Assembly (NCBI GenBank): GCA_963666215.2
Contig: CAXWPL010000002.1
Coordinates: 416,001-480,000, forward strand
Length of the DNA stretch: 64,000 nucleotides
Origin: Acidobacteriota bacterium
Lineage (GTDB): Bacteria > Acidobacteriota > UBA890 > WLXD01
Direction of reading: 5' to 3'
Positions within the stretch are counted from its first letter, which is position 1. Every line of letters begins with the position of its first letter. A program made the position numbers and the translations under genes. This document shows positions 20,856-29,903 of the stretch, one piece after another. The notes beneath the pieces are model-generated. The model saw only the letters and a list, made by a program, of their open reading frames with translations, was not told the DNA's origin and did not search any database.

Positions 20856-21647
20856 TCAAACCGGAGGCCGCACGTACGTCGGCAAGACGGGCGGCAGGTT
20901 CGGCCCACGGCTCGCAGGTTGGTCGACGAGCAGCCGCCACAGAAGGCGCGCGTTGGCTGCGGCCAGTGTCGTGCGTGTCGCCAGGTGGCGAGTGACCTCG
21001 AGCAGCTCGGGGCAGGCGCACGGCCCGGTGCCACAGCTGAGCCACCCGCCGGACGGTCGAGCCGTCTCGATTCGCTTCAGCAGGTCGCCCGGCGGAAGCA
21101 CGCATGGTCCCCAAATTGTCGTACGCCAAGGTCGGCTGCGAGGCAGCAAGGATTGGGGAGGCGAGCCTGGCGGTCCCAGCAGAGCGGCATAGAGCTCGCC
21201 GCGGCGGGCGTCGATTGTTACCAGGATTGGCTCCGGTGTGTTGGTGGAGGCTTCGAGACCAGCGCAACCGGGGAGGCTTGGCAGCGCGGCTTCGGCGAGC
21301 CCGTCGCAACTGCTTACGCCCGCCACCGGCAGATCGCTGCCGCCGCCCAGTCCGATCGCGGTGGCCAGCGCAACGCGAATTCCCGTGAAGGCTCCGGGCC
21401 CGGAGCCGGCGGCGATGGCCTCGAGATCCTCGAATCTCATGCTGGAACGCTCGAAGAGTCGGTCGATGGCGGGAAGAATCCAGCCGTCCGTGCCGCGTCC
21501 AAACGGCCCCTCTTCTTCGGCGAGCAGCTCGCCATTGCTGGCCACAAGCGCAACGCTCGCCGGCGGGACCGCGGCATCGAGCCCGAGTACTACAGGTCCC
21601 CGGCCGCTACGTGTCGACGCGTGATAGTGTCTGCCGCTCTCGCTCAC
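20856..21647 (-). CDS. tsaB: tRNA t6A biosynthesis protein TsaB
   Basis: GPGAFTGIR, IDARRGELY, P.YVR. Confidence 0.92.
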   Translation of the reverse strand: MSESGRHYHASTRSGRGPVVLGLDAAVPPASVALVASNGELLAEEEGPFGRGTDGWILPAIDRLFERSSMRFEDLEAIAAGSGPGAFTGIRVALATAIGLGGGSDLPVAGVSSCDGLAEAALPSLPGCAGLEASTNTPEPILVTIDARRGELYAALLGPPGSPPQSLLPRSRPWRTTIWGPCVLPPGDLLKRIETARPSGGWLSCGTGPCACPELLEVTRHLATRTTLAAANARLLWRLLVDQPASRGPNLPPVLPTYVRPPV

Positions 21648-21794
21648 AGGCCCTCTCAGCCCAGATCCCGGCCCGGATCCCGATCCAGGTCTTCTTCAAC
21701 GGATCTCAACCCAGATCCGAGGCGTTCGCAGAGGTCACCGCCGATCGGCCGCGGAGCCTCGCGCGCGGCTCGATCGCGCCGCAGCTCACACGCC

Positions 21795-24629
21795 ATGCCG
21801 GCATCGTCCTCTTCGTCGCCGATGATGCGGCAATACCACCGCCTGCGGGCGGAGAATCCAGGCGCCATCCTCTTCTTTCGTCTCGGTGACTTCTACGAGA
21901 TGTTCTTCGAGGATGCCAAGCTCGCGGCGCCGATTCTCGATATTACTCTCACGGCGCGCGGCCGGGGCACGGCGAACGAAGCTCCGATGTGCGGGGTTCC
22001 GTACCACAGCGCCGATACGTATCTAGCGCGCCTGCTGCGCGCCGGCCACAAGGTGGCCATTGCCGAGCAGGTCGAGGGTTCGGCCGAGTCGACGGACTCG
22101 ACTGGCTCCAGGGCGACCAAGGCAGCCAGATCCGGCAAAGGAATGGTGCGCCGCGAGGTCGTGCGCGTTCTCAGCCCCGGGACACTCACCGACGATGAGC
22201 TGTTGCCCGGGCGCGACAACAACTACCTCGTTGCCGTGATGCGCCGGGGCGAAGCGGGCCACCGAGATGAGCGCATCGGCGCCGCGGCGCTCGATCTTTC
22301 CACGGGCGAGTTCACGGCAGCCCAGTTCGAGGGCCGCGAAGCGATGTTGTCGGCGCGCGAGGAGATTGCCCGGTGGGCGCCGCTCGAGGTCTGCTTTCCG
22401 AACGGCCAGGATGCTGAAGCTTGGATCGCTGACCGTCCGCAGGCGTTGCGAGGTGTCGATTCGTCGACTCCCGATCCAGCGACAGTTGCTGGCGGCGGCA
22501 CCACCGACGCGGCAGCAAGCGTCGCCACCTGGAGCCCACTCGAGCCCTGGACGTTCGATCCGGGCCGCGCGCGTGCACGGCTGTGCGAGCACTTCGGAGT
22601 CAGTAGTCTCGACGGCTTTGACCTCGCCGAGCAGGATGCCGCGGTTGGCGCCGCCGGCGCCCTGCTTCAATACGCGATCGACAACAGTCACACTGCCGCC
22701 TTGCGTCATGTGCGCTCGATCCGGCGGCAGCACGACCGTTCGTTCCTCGAGCTCGATGCCGTCACACGGCGCTCGCTCGAGCTCGTCGAGAGCTGGCAGG
22801 ACGGACAACGTGCCGGGTCGCTGCTGTCGGTGATCGATCGCACGGCGACGCCGATGGGAGCCCGGCGAATCAAGCAATGGTTGCTGCGGCCGTTGAGGTT
22901 GGCGAGCGCGATCGAGCGTCGTCAGAGCGTGGTGGCGGGGCTGGTCGAGGACCTGCGCACGCGCGACCGGATGCGAGAAGCTCTGCGTCGAGTGGCTGAC
23001 ATCGAGCGTCTGACCACACGAGTTTCACTCGGTACCGCCAGCCCACGCGACCTTGGCGCGCTGCGGGACTCGCTGCAGGCTCTTCCCGAAGTTCGAGAAT
23101 CACTGCTCGAGCTCGGCCAGTTGCCGATGTGCAATGAGCTGTACGAGGCAATGGACCCGTGCGTCGACGTCATGGAGTTGATCTCGCGACAGCTGGTCGA
23201 CGAACCGCCTGCCGTGCTCGGCTCGAGTGGTGCAATCCGCGGTGGTTTCGATGCCGCTCTCGACCGTTTGCGCCAGGCATCGAGGAGCGGCAAGGAGTTC
23301 ATCGCCGGCCTCGAATCGACGGAGCGCGCAGCCACCGGTATCAGTTCGCTCAAGGTTGGCTTCAACAAGGTCTTTGGCTACTACCTCGAGGCCTCGAAGG
23401 CCAACCTCGACAAGGTGCCCGGCAGCTACATCCGCAAGCAGACGTTGTCGAACGCCGAGCGCTACATCACCCCGGAGTTGAAGGAGTTCGAGCAGACGGT
23501 TCTGGGCGCGGAGGAGAAGATCGCCGCGCTCGAACGAGAGATCTTCGCTCGACTGCGCGACGAGATCGCCGAGAACGGAGCGCGGTTGCTTGCTACCGCC
23601 GCGGCGGTTGCCTCTCTGGACGCGCTGGCGTCGCTAGCGGAGGTGGGAGCGCTTGGCGGCTACCGCCGTCCGCTGGTGGACGACGGCGTGATGATCGAGA
23701 TTCGCGGCGGACGCCACCCTACCGTCGAAGCGTTGCAACCGGGCCTGCCGTTCGTCCCCAACGACACGTATCTCGACGGCGACGCTCACCGCATCAAGCT
23801 GGTGACCGGACCGAACATGGGCGGTAAGTCGACCTACCTGCGGCAGCTCGCCCTGATCGTCGTGCTCGCCCAGATGGGCGGCTTCGTGCCCGCGGAGGCA
23901 GCGCGCATCGGCGTCGCCGATCGGATCTTCACGCGCGTCGGTGCGTCTGACAATCTGGCTCGCGGCATCTCGACCTTCCTTGCCGAGATGCAGGAAACAG
24001 CAAGCATCCTCAACAACGCTACCGAGCGCAGCCTCGTGCTGCTCGACGAAGTGGGGCGCGGCACCAGCACCTACGACGGCCTGGCGATCGCCTGGGCGGT
24101 TGTCGAGTATCTGCGAGACGACGCCGACGTGCGTCCGCGCACGCTGTTCGCTACGCACTACCACGAGCTCACGGAGTTGGCCGTACAGGGTGGCAGCGTT
24201 GGCAACCTGCGCGTTGCCGTGCAGGAGTCGGGCGCCGACGTCGTTTTCCTGCACCGAGTCGAGCCCGGCGCGGCTGACCGCTCGTACGGCATCCATGTTG
24301 CCCGCCTCGCCGGCCTGCCGGCAGCCGTCGTGGCGCGTGCCGAGGAGGTTCTCAATGGCTTCGAGGGACCTGACGGCGGGCTTCCGAGCGCGAGAGGCCC
24401 GATCTCGGGAGTAGGGGCGCGGGGCAATGCCCCCATTGACGGTCAGATCCCACTCTTCGTGGTCCAACGGCCAGGCCAGCGGACCAGCGGGGAAGACGAG
24501 CAGATGGAACCAACCGAGCATGCGGTGATCGGCCGGCTCCGGCAGCTAGATCTCGACGACCTGACGCCGCTCGAGGCGCTCAATCTGTTGGCCGAGCTGC
24601 GCGCCGCGGCCGACGAGGAGAACGACTAG
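21795..24629 (+). CDS. mutS: DNA mismatch repair protein MutS
   Basis: SPMMRQY, FRLGDFYEMF, GPNMGGKST, DEVGRGTST, SYGIHVA. Confidence 0.98.
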   Translation: MPASSSSSPMMRQYHRLRAENPGAILFFRLGDFYEMFFEDAKLAAPILDITLTARGRGTANEAPMCGVPYHSADTYLARLLRAGHKVAIAEQVEGSAESTDSTGSRATKAARSGKGMVRREVVRVLSPGTLTDDELLPGRDNNYLVAVMRRGEAGHRDERIGAAALDLSTGEFTAAQFEGREAMLSAREEIARWAPLEVCFPNGQDAEAWIADRPQALRGVDSSTPDPATVAGGGTTDAAASVATWSPLEPWTFDPGRARARLCEHFGVSSLDGFDLAEQDAAVGAAGALLQYAIDNSHTAALRHVRSIRRQHDRSFLELDAVTRRSLELVESWQDGQRAGSLLSVIDRTATPMGARRIKQWLLRPLRLASAIERRQSVVAGLVEDLRTRDRMREALRRVADIERLTTRVSLGTASPRDLGALRDSLQALPEVRESLLELGQLPMCNELYEAMDPCVDVMELISRQLVDEPPAVLGSSGAIRGGFDAALDRLRQASRSGKEFIAGLESTERAATGISSLKVGFNKVFGYYLEASKANLDKVPGSYIRKQTLSNAERYITPELKEFEQTVLGAEEKIAALEREIFARLRDEIAENGARLLATAAAVASLDALASLAEVGALGGYRRPLVDDGVMIEIRGGRHPTVEALQPGLPFVPNDTYLDGDAHRIKLVTGPNMGGKSTYLRQLALIVVLAQMGGFVPAEAARIGVADRIFTRVGASDNLARGISTFLAEMQETASILNNATERSLVLLDEVGRGTSTYDGLAIAWAVVEYLRDDADVRPRTLFATHYHELTELAVQGGSVGNLRVAVQESGADVVFLHRVEPGAADRSYGIHVARLAGLPAAVVARAEEVLNGFEGPDGGLPSARGPISGVGARGNAPIDGQIPLFVVQRPGQRTSGEDEQMEPTEHAVIGRLRQLDLDDLTPLEALNLLAELRAAADEEND

Positions 24630-24710
24630 CTGCGCGGACGCGTTCGGTCTCACGCAACTCGTGGTCAGAAGCGCGCCTCGTGGGCCAGACCCGCGCGCGG
24701 CTTTGGTGAC

Positions 24711-25355
24711 CTAGTCGCGCGAGGTCGGGGGTTCGGCCGGCGTCGGCGACGTGCTGCTGCCGTCGGGTACGCCCCAGCGGCGCTGTATGACGCGAACGGC
24801 AACCACGATCGCCACGAGCAGAACCAGCAGCGCGAGCGTGGCGGGCAGGGCGTAGCGCGTGAACAGATCGATGATGGCCTCGCCGTAGACCACCGCAATC
24901 AACGCCTGGACACCGAAGCGGATCGCTCTGCCCACGAGCACCGCGAGAACGAAACCGCCGAGCTTCTGCCGCAAGAACCCCGCCGCGATGACGACGTACT
25001 TGAAGGGGAACGGCGCCGGGATGGTGGCGGCGCTGAGCACCGCCAGCACCCCGTGCCGTTCGATCAGCCCTTCGGCCCAAGCGAGCTTCGCTCCGGCCCC
25101 TGGGCGGCGCATCACACGATCCCGGCCAGCGCTGGCCACCAGGAAAACAGCCAGGGTTCCGACGGTCGAACCGAGGGTGACGGCCAGGGCGTAGGGAATG
25201 GCGTTGTGAGGTTCCACGGCAACGGACAGCATCACCACGAGGTCGAACAGCTGCGGCATGGGCAGCACGCTCGAGTCGAGCAGCGCCAGGGCGAATAGTC
25301 CGGTGGCGCCGTAGAGTAGGAGCGTGCTCTGCAACCAGGAGACCAGGGCTTCCAC
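24711..25355 (-). CDS. YqaA/DedA (VTT domain) membrane protein
   Basis: LLDSSVLPMP, PAPFPFK, GRAIRF. Confidence 0.8.
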   Translation of the reverse strand: MEALVSWLQSTLLLYGATGLFALALLDSSVLPMPQLFDLVVMLSVAVEPHNAIPYALAVTLGSTVGTLAVFLVASAGRDRVMRRPGAGAKLAWAEGLIERHGVLAVLSAATIPAPFPFKYVVIAAGFLRQKLGGFVLAVLVGRAIRFGVQALIAVVYGEAIIDLFTRYALPATLALLVLLVAIVVAVRVIQRRWGVPDGSSTSPTPAEPPTSRD

Positions 25356-25474
25356 GGCGGTCCGTCGCTCGGCGAGTGGCAGCACTCGGCCAGTTTGACG
25401 CGCGAGGCGACTTCAGAAACGCTTCGCGGCGGGAGCGCACGCTAGCACCTGTTCGGAGAGAGGCGCAAACGGCC

Positions 25475-26776
25475 ATGTGGATGGCGCTGGGACTGATCTC
25501 GGGCACCTCGATGGATGGCGTCGACGCTGTTCTCGTTGATGCCGCACGCAGCCCGGCCGGGGCCTGCCTTGTTCAGGTGCGACTTTTCCGGTCGTACCCG
25601 TACACAGAGGAGATGCGCCAGGCGCTGCGAGACTGCGCCGCGTCGGGGAGTGTTGCCGATGTTGCCCGGCTGAACGTCGCCGTGGGGGAGGTGTTCGCCG
25701 AGTCGGCTCTGTCGCTGCTTGCCGACGCGGGTGTGGAGGCTGGCCAGGTGCGGTGCATCGGATCGCATGGCCAGACACTGATGCATCTGCCCGAGCCGAC
25801 GCTCATCGCCGGGCGGACCGTGCGGGCAACGCTGCAGATTGGCGAGCCTGCCGTGATCGCCGCGCGAACCGGCATCACGACGGTCGCCGATTTTCGCCCG
25901 TCCGACATGGCTCACGGGGGTGAGGGAGCGCCGTTGGTGCCGTTGCTCGACGCTGCGCTTTTCGGCGGATCTGGAATTGGCGGCCGCGTGCTGGTGAATA
26001 TTGGTGGAATTGCCAACATCACGGTGCTGCCGCCGGCCGACGGCTCCGCCCGGCATGCCCCCCGGTCGTTGGAGGGACAGGGGTCGGCGTTTGCGAAACC
26101 GGGTCAATCCACAGCATCGGCCTCGATCATCGCCTTCGACACCGGCCCCGGCAACGTCCTCATCGACGCGGCGGCGCGTCGCATGGAGCTCGACGGCGAC
26201 ATCGATCGTGACGGTGCGCTGGCGAGCGGCGGATGTGTTGATCCCGACCTGCTGGCCGAGTTGATGCAGCACCCATTCTTCGCGCGCAGCCCGCCGAAGT
26301 CGGCTGACAGCGCGGACTTTCTTGGCGACTATGCCGAGCGCTGCTGGAAGCGAGCGGAGGAGCTCGCCGACGCCGACCTGATGGCCACCCTGGCAGAGCT
26401 CACCGCCTCCACCGTGGCGGCGAGCATTCGCGACCATGTGGATTGGTTGCGCCCGGACGCGGACCGAGCGGATGGCGCTCAGGTGGTGGTGTCGGGCGGC
26501 GGTGTGCACAACCGCGCGCTAATGAGCCGTCTGCGGCACCATGTGTCTCCCGTTCAGGTGGCAGAGCTTGGCGCGGGAGCGCTCGGCAGCGCCAGGGAGC
26601 GTCCGGCTGCCGACATGATTTCTGCCGACGCCAAGGAGGCGGCGGCCTTCGCTTTGATTGCTTTGAGGACGCTCGATGGCGCGCCGGGAAACGTTCCGTC
26701 GGCCACCGGCGCGACATGCCCCGCCGTACTCGGCAAGGTGGTATTCGCAGGCGGAGAGCGGCTCTCGAGGCGGTGA
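25475..26776 (+). CDS. anmK: Anhydro-N-acetylmuramic acid kinase
   Basis: GLISGTSMDGVD, GSHGQT, GGEGAPL, NIGGIAN, FDTGPGN. Confidence 0.95.
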   Translation: MWMALGLISGTSMDGVDAVLVDAARSPAGACLVQVRLFRSYPYTEEMRQALRDCAASGSVADVARLNVAVGEVFAESALSLLADAGVEAGQVRCIGSHGQTLMHLPEPTLIAGRTVRATLQIGEPAVIAARTGITTVADFRPSDMAHGGEGAPLVPLLDAALFGGSGIGGRVLVNIGGIANITVLPPADGSARHAPRSLEGQGSAFAKPGQSTASASIIAFDTGPGNVLIDAAARRMELDGDIDRDGALASGGCVDPDLLAELMQHPFFARSPPKSADSADFLGDYAERCWKRAEELADADLMATLAELTASTVAASIRDHVDWLRPDADRADGAQVVVSGGGVHNRALMSRLRHHVSPVQVAELGAGALGSARERPAADMISADAKEAAAFALIALRTLDGAPGNVPSATGATCPAVLGKVVFAGGERLSRR

Positions 26777-26813
26777 TATAGTCCAACTTGGCCAAACTTT
26801 CAGGAGGCAGACG

Positions 26814-27791
26814 ATGCCCAAGCTCGCGCCCACGAAGTCCATCTGGCACAACGGCAGCCTGATCCCCTGGGAAGATGCCACCGTCCACGTCGGCACCCAC
26901 GTGCTGCACTACGGCTCTTCCGTTTTCGAGGGGATCCGCTGCTACAAGACAGAGCGCGGCTCGGCCGTGTTTCGTCTGCCCGAGCACTGTCGCCGGCTCG
27001 TGGAGTCGGCTCGCATCTACAACATGCCGCTGAAGTTCGACGCTGCTGCGCTTGCGGAAGGCTGCCTCGAGACGATTCGCGCCAACGAGATGGAGCATTG
27101 CTACATCAGGCCCATCGTGTTCCGCGGCTACCATTCGCTCGGTGTCAACCCGATGCCGTGTCCTACCGAGACGTACGTCATGGTGTGGGAGTGGGGCGCG
27201 TACTTGGGCGAGGAGGCCCTGAAGAGCGGCGTCGACGTCAAGATCTCCACCTGGAACCGACTCGCGCCGAACACCCTGCCGTCGCTTGCCAAGTGCGGCG
27301 CCAACTACATGGCGGCGCAGCTGGTGAAGATGGAGGCGCTCCAAGAGGGATACGCCGAGGCGATCTCGCTCGATACGCGTGGCTTCGTGGCTGAGGGCAG
27401 CGGCGAGAACCTGTTTGTGGTGCGCGACAACGTGATTTATACGACGCCGCTGACGGCATCTATTCTCTCGGGAATCACCCGCGACAGCATCATGAAGCTC
27501 GCCCGCGACCTCGGCTACCAGATCGTCGAGGGCGATATGCCGCGCGAATTCCTCTACATCGCCGACGAGGCTTTCTTCACGGGCACAGCCGCCGAGGTCA
27601 CACCGATCCGCTCGGTCGACCGCCGCACAGTCGGTGAGGGAAGCCGTGGGCCGATTACGGAGCAACTCCAGCGCCATTTCTTCGACATCGTTAGCGGTCG
27701 TGGCGAGGATCCGTATGGCTGGCTGACGCCGGTGTACGAGAGCGCCGAGACCGAAGAGGCGATCGCCGAGACCGAAGAGGCGATCGCCTAG
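26814..27791 (+). CDS. ilvE: Branched-chain amino acid aminotransferase
   Basis: LHYGSSVFEGIR, EGSGEN, GITR, GTAAE; CAGGAGG RBS. Confidence 0.95.
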   Translation: MPKLAPTKSIWHNGSLIPWEDATVHVGTHVLHYGSSVFEGIRCYKTERGSAVFRLPEHCRRLVESARIYNMPLKFDAAALAEGCLETIRANEMEHCYIRPIVFRGYHSLGVNPMPCPTETYVMVWEWGAYLGEEALKSGVDVKISTWNRLAPNTLPSLAKCGANYMAAQLVKMEALQEGYAEAISLDTRGFVAEGSGENLFVVRDNVIYTTPLTASILSGITRDSIMKLARDLGYQIVEGDMPREFLYIADEAFFTGTAAEVTPIRSVDRRTVGEGSRGPITEQLQRHFFDIVSGRGEDPYGWLTPVYESAETEEAIAETEEAIA

Positions 27792-27828
27792 AAGGCTCGA
27801 TCGGAAGGCTCGATCCGAAGCTCGATCG
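27743..27828 (+). repeat. 21-bp x2 tandem repeat in ilvE tail plus ~13-bp x3 repeat after stop
   Basis: CGCCGAGACCGAAGAGGCGAT x2; GAAGGCTCGATC x3 (imperfect). Confidence 0.85.
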
Positions 27829-28160
27829 CGGGAATTTTTGATCAATCGGCATGGGCGTGCCACGGCGCAGGAGGGCTCTCGTCCGTTAGCTTGCCTCGTG
27901 GAGACCGATTCAACGAGCGCTCCGACACCCTCGGTGGTCACGGTCTGAGTCCGCGCGCGACCACCAGCGGCCACTCCTGCCTGCAACGGTGGGGCCGCTA
28001 ACCGCCGCCCGCGACTATCGCAGCCCCGCGAACGCTCCGGAGGCGCACCCGCCGCAGATAGGTTTTCGTAAGTCATTCAAGATCATGGATAACGTTTTCT
28101 GGTCGTCGATGATCAATAAGGGCTAGGAATAACTATCATGGGTCATTTAATCTTCTGCCC

Positions 28161-29276
28161 ATGGACCTAGACGAGTTTCTCGAGGAGGCCGTGAGCCTCG
28201 GTGCATCCGATCTGCACCTGCGTGCTGGCGCGCCGCCGATGATGCGGATCGACCGGCAGATGATGCCGTTGGAAGGCCATACGAAGCTCACCGCAGCCGA
28301 CACCAATGCGATCGCGCAGCAGATTCTGGCCGACCACAAGATCAGGATACGGCCCGCAAGCGAGCTCGACGTGGGTTATGCAAAGGCTGGGCTCGGCCGC
28401 TTCCGCGTGAATATCTTCACGAACGGGGGACAGGTGGGCGTGGTGCTCAGGATCATGCCGCCGGAGCCGATGACGCTCGAGGAGCTCCACCTGCCACCCA
28501 TACTGAGCGAGATCGTGCAGGAGGAGCGCGGCCTGGTACTCATTACCGGCGTCACAGGCAGCGGTAAGTCGACTTCGCTGGCGGCGATGATCAACCACAT
28601 CAACCTCACCCGACAGCTGCACGTGGTGACCGTCGAGGATCCGATCGAGTACCTCCACACCGACAAGAAGAGTCTGATTACCCAGCGCCAGCTCGGACTC
28701 GACACCAATACCTTCGCTACGGCGTTGCGCGCCGCGCTCCGTCAGGATCCGGACGTGATCCTGATTGGCAAGATGCGCGACAAGGAGACCATCGATTCCG
28801 CGATTCTTGCCGCCGAAACCGGGCACCTGGTTTTCTCGACACTGCACACCGCCGACGCCACCGAAACGATCAACCGGATCCTGGCGGTGTACCCGCCGCA
28901 TCAGCAGGAGCAGGTGCGCATTCAGCTGTCTGAGGTGCTCAAGGCCGTGGTCTCGATGCGTCTGCTACCCAGGCTTGACGGCGAGGGGCTCGTCCCCGCT
29001 GTCGAGGTGTTGGTCAACACGCTCTTCATCTCCGAGTGCGTCCGCGACTTGAAGTTCGGACGCATCCGCGAGGCGATGGCCGATGGCGCGATACAGTACG
29101 GCATGCAGACATTCGATCAGTCGTTGCTGGCGTTGTGCCGCGATGGCCTGAGCAGCGAGGAGACTGCGGTCAGCGCCGCGACCAGCTCGAACGACCTGCA
29201 GCTGCAGCTACGTGGCATCGTCTCGGCCTCCGACATGGACGACGCCAAGGCCTTCCGGCCCGCCGTCAACCAGTAG
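28161..29276 (+). CDS. pilT: PilT/PilU-family retraction ATPase with Walker B Glu->Lys
   Basis: ASDLHL, GVTGSGKSTS, EDPIEY, LRQDPDVILIGKMRD, TLHT. Confidence 0.9.
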   Translation: MDLDEFLEEAVSLGASDLHLRAGAPPMMRIDRQMMPLEGHTKLTAADTNAIAQQILADHKIRIRPASELDVGYAKAGLGRFRVNIFTNGGQVGVVLRIMPPEPMTLEELHLPPILSEIVQEERGLVLITGVTGSGKSTSLAAMINHINLTRQLHVVTVEDPIEYLHTDKKSLITQRQLGLDTNTFATALRAALRQDPDVILIGKMRDKETIDSAILAAETGHLVFSTLHTADATETINRILAVYPPHQQEQVRIQLSEVLKAVVSMRLLPRLDGEGLVPAVEVLVNTLFISECVRDLKFGRIREAMADGAIQYGMQTFDQSLLALCRDGLSSEETAVSAATSSNDLQLQLRGIVSASDMDDAKAFRPAVNQ

Positions 29277-29315
29277 CCGCCAGTCAGCAGTCGCACGGAT
29301 CGAGCGATCTGGAGC

Positions 29316-29858
29316 CTGACCGCGAGGCCGGCCCAGGGGGCTTCTACGATCGGTCACGGCTCGAAGGACGAATCAGGCACCAAAGGAAACCGTGCCGCGC
29401 TCCCGACCGCGCTGGCTTGGCTTGCGCGTCGCGACTTCAGCGTGGCGCAACTGCGACAACGGCTCGCTCGCAAAGAATTCGATGGCGCCGAAATCGACGA
29501 CGCGGTGGAACGCTGCGTGGGGTACGGCTACCTCGACGACCACGCCTACGGCCTCGCGCGATCACGCGCCGTGCTGCTTCGCAAGCCGTGCGGGCGCCGC
29601 GCCTTGCTCGATGACTTGCGACGTCAGGGATTGACCTCGACAATGGGCGAACGCGTCGCGGGCGACATCTACGACGAGGTCGGCGGCGAGGAAAGCGTAC
29701 TCGCCGACGCTCTCCGCCGCTGGATCGCCAAGCACGGTGAGCCATCCGATTGGCCCGCGGTGCGACGCTGCTCGCAACACCTGATTCGTCGCGGTTTCGT
29801 ATCGTCGGCCGTCCAGCTGGCGATGTCGCCGTGGCTCGATCGCGCGGCCAACCGCTAG
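29316..29858 (+). CDS. recX: Regulatory protein RecX (start uncertain)
   Basis: LAWLARRDFSVAQLRQRL, GYLDD, LIRRGF; sits between pilT and alaS. Confidence 0.85.
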   Translation: MTARPAQGASTIGHGSKDESGTKGNRAALPTALAWLARRDFSVAQLRQRLARKEFDGAEIDDAVERCVGYGYLDDHAYGLARSRAVLLRKPCGRRALLDDLRRQGLTSTMGERVAGDIYDEVGGEESVLADALRRWIAKHGEPSDWPAVRRCSQHLIRRGFVSSAVQLAMSPWLDRAANR

Positions 29859-29903
29859 GCCACGAAACCACCGACACGTTCTCGACCCTACGAGCTGACG
29901 CCC

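Noticed and set aside
20832-21794. 321-aa N-terminal extension of MutS
   Set aside because: It is the antisense of tsaB; MutS homology starts at SPMMRQY after ATG 21795.
27743-27828. CRISPR array
   Set aside because: Repeats are adjacent with no unique spacers, and there are no cas genes.
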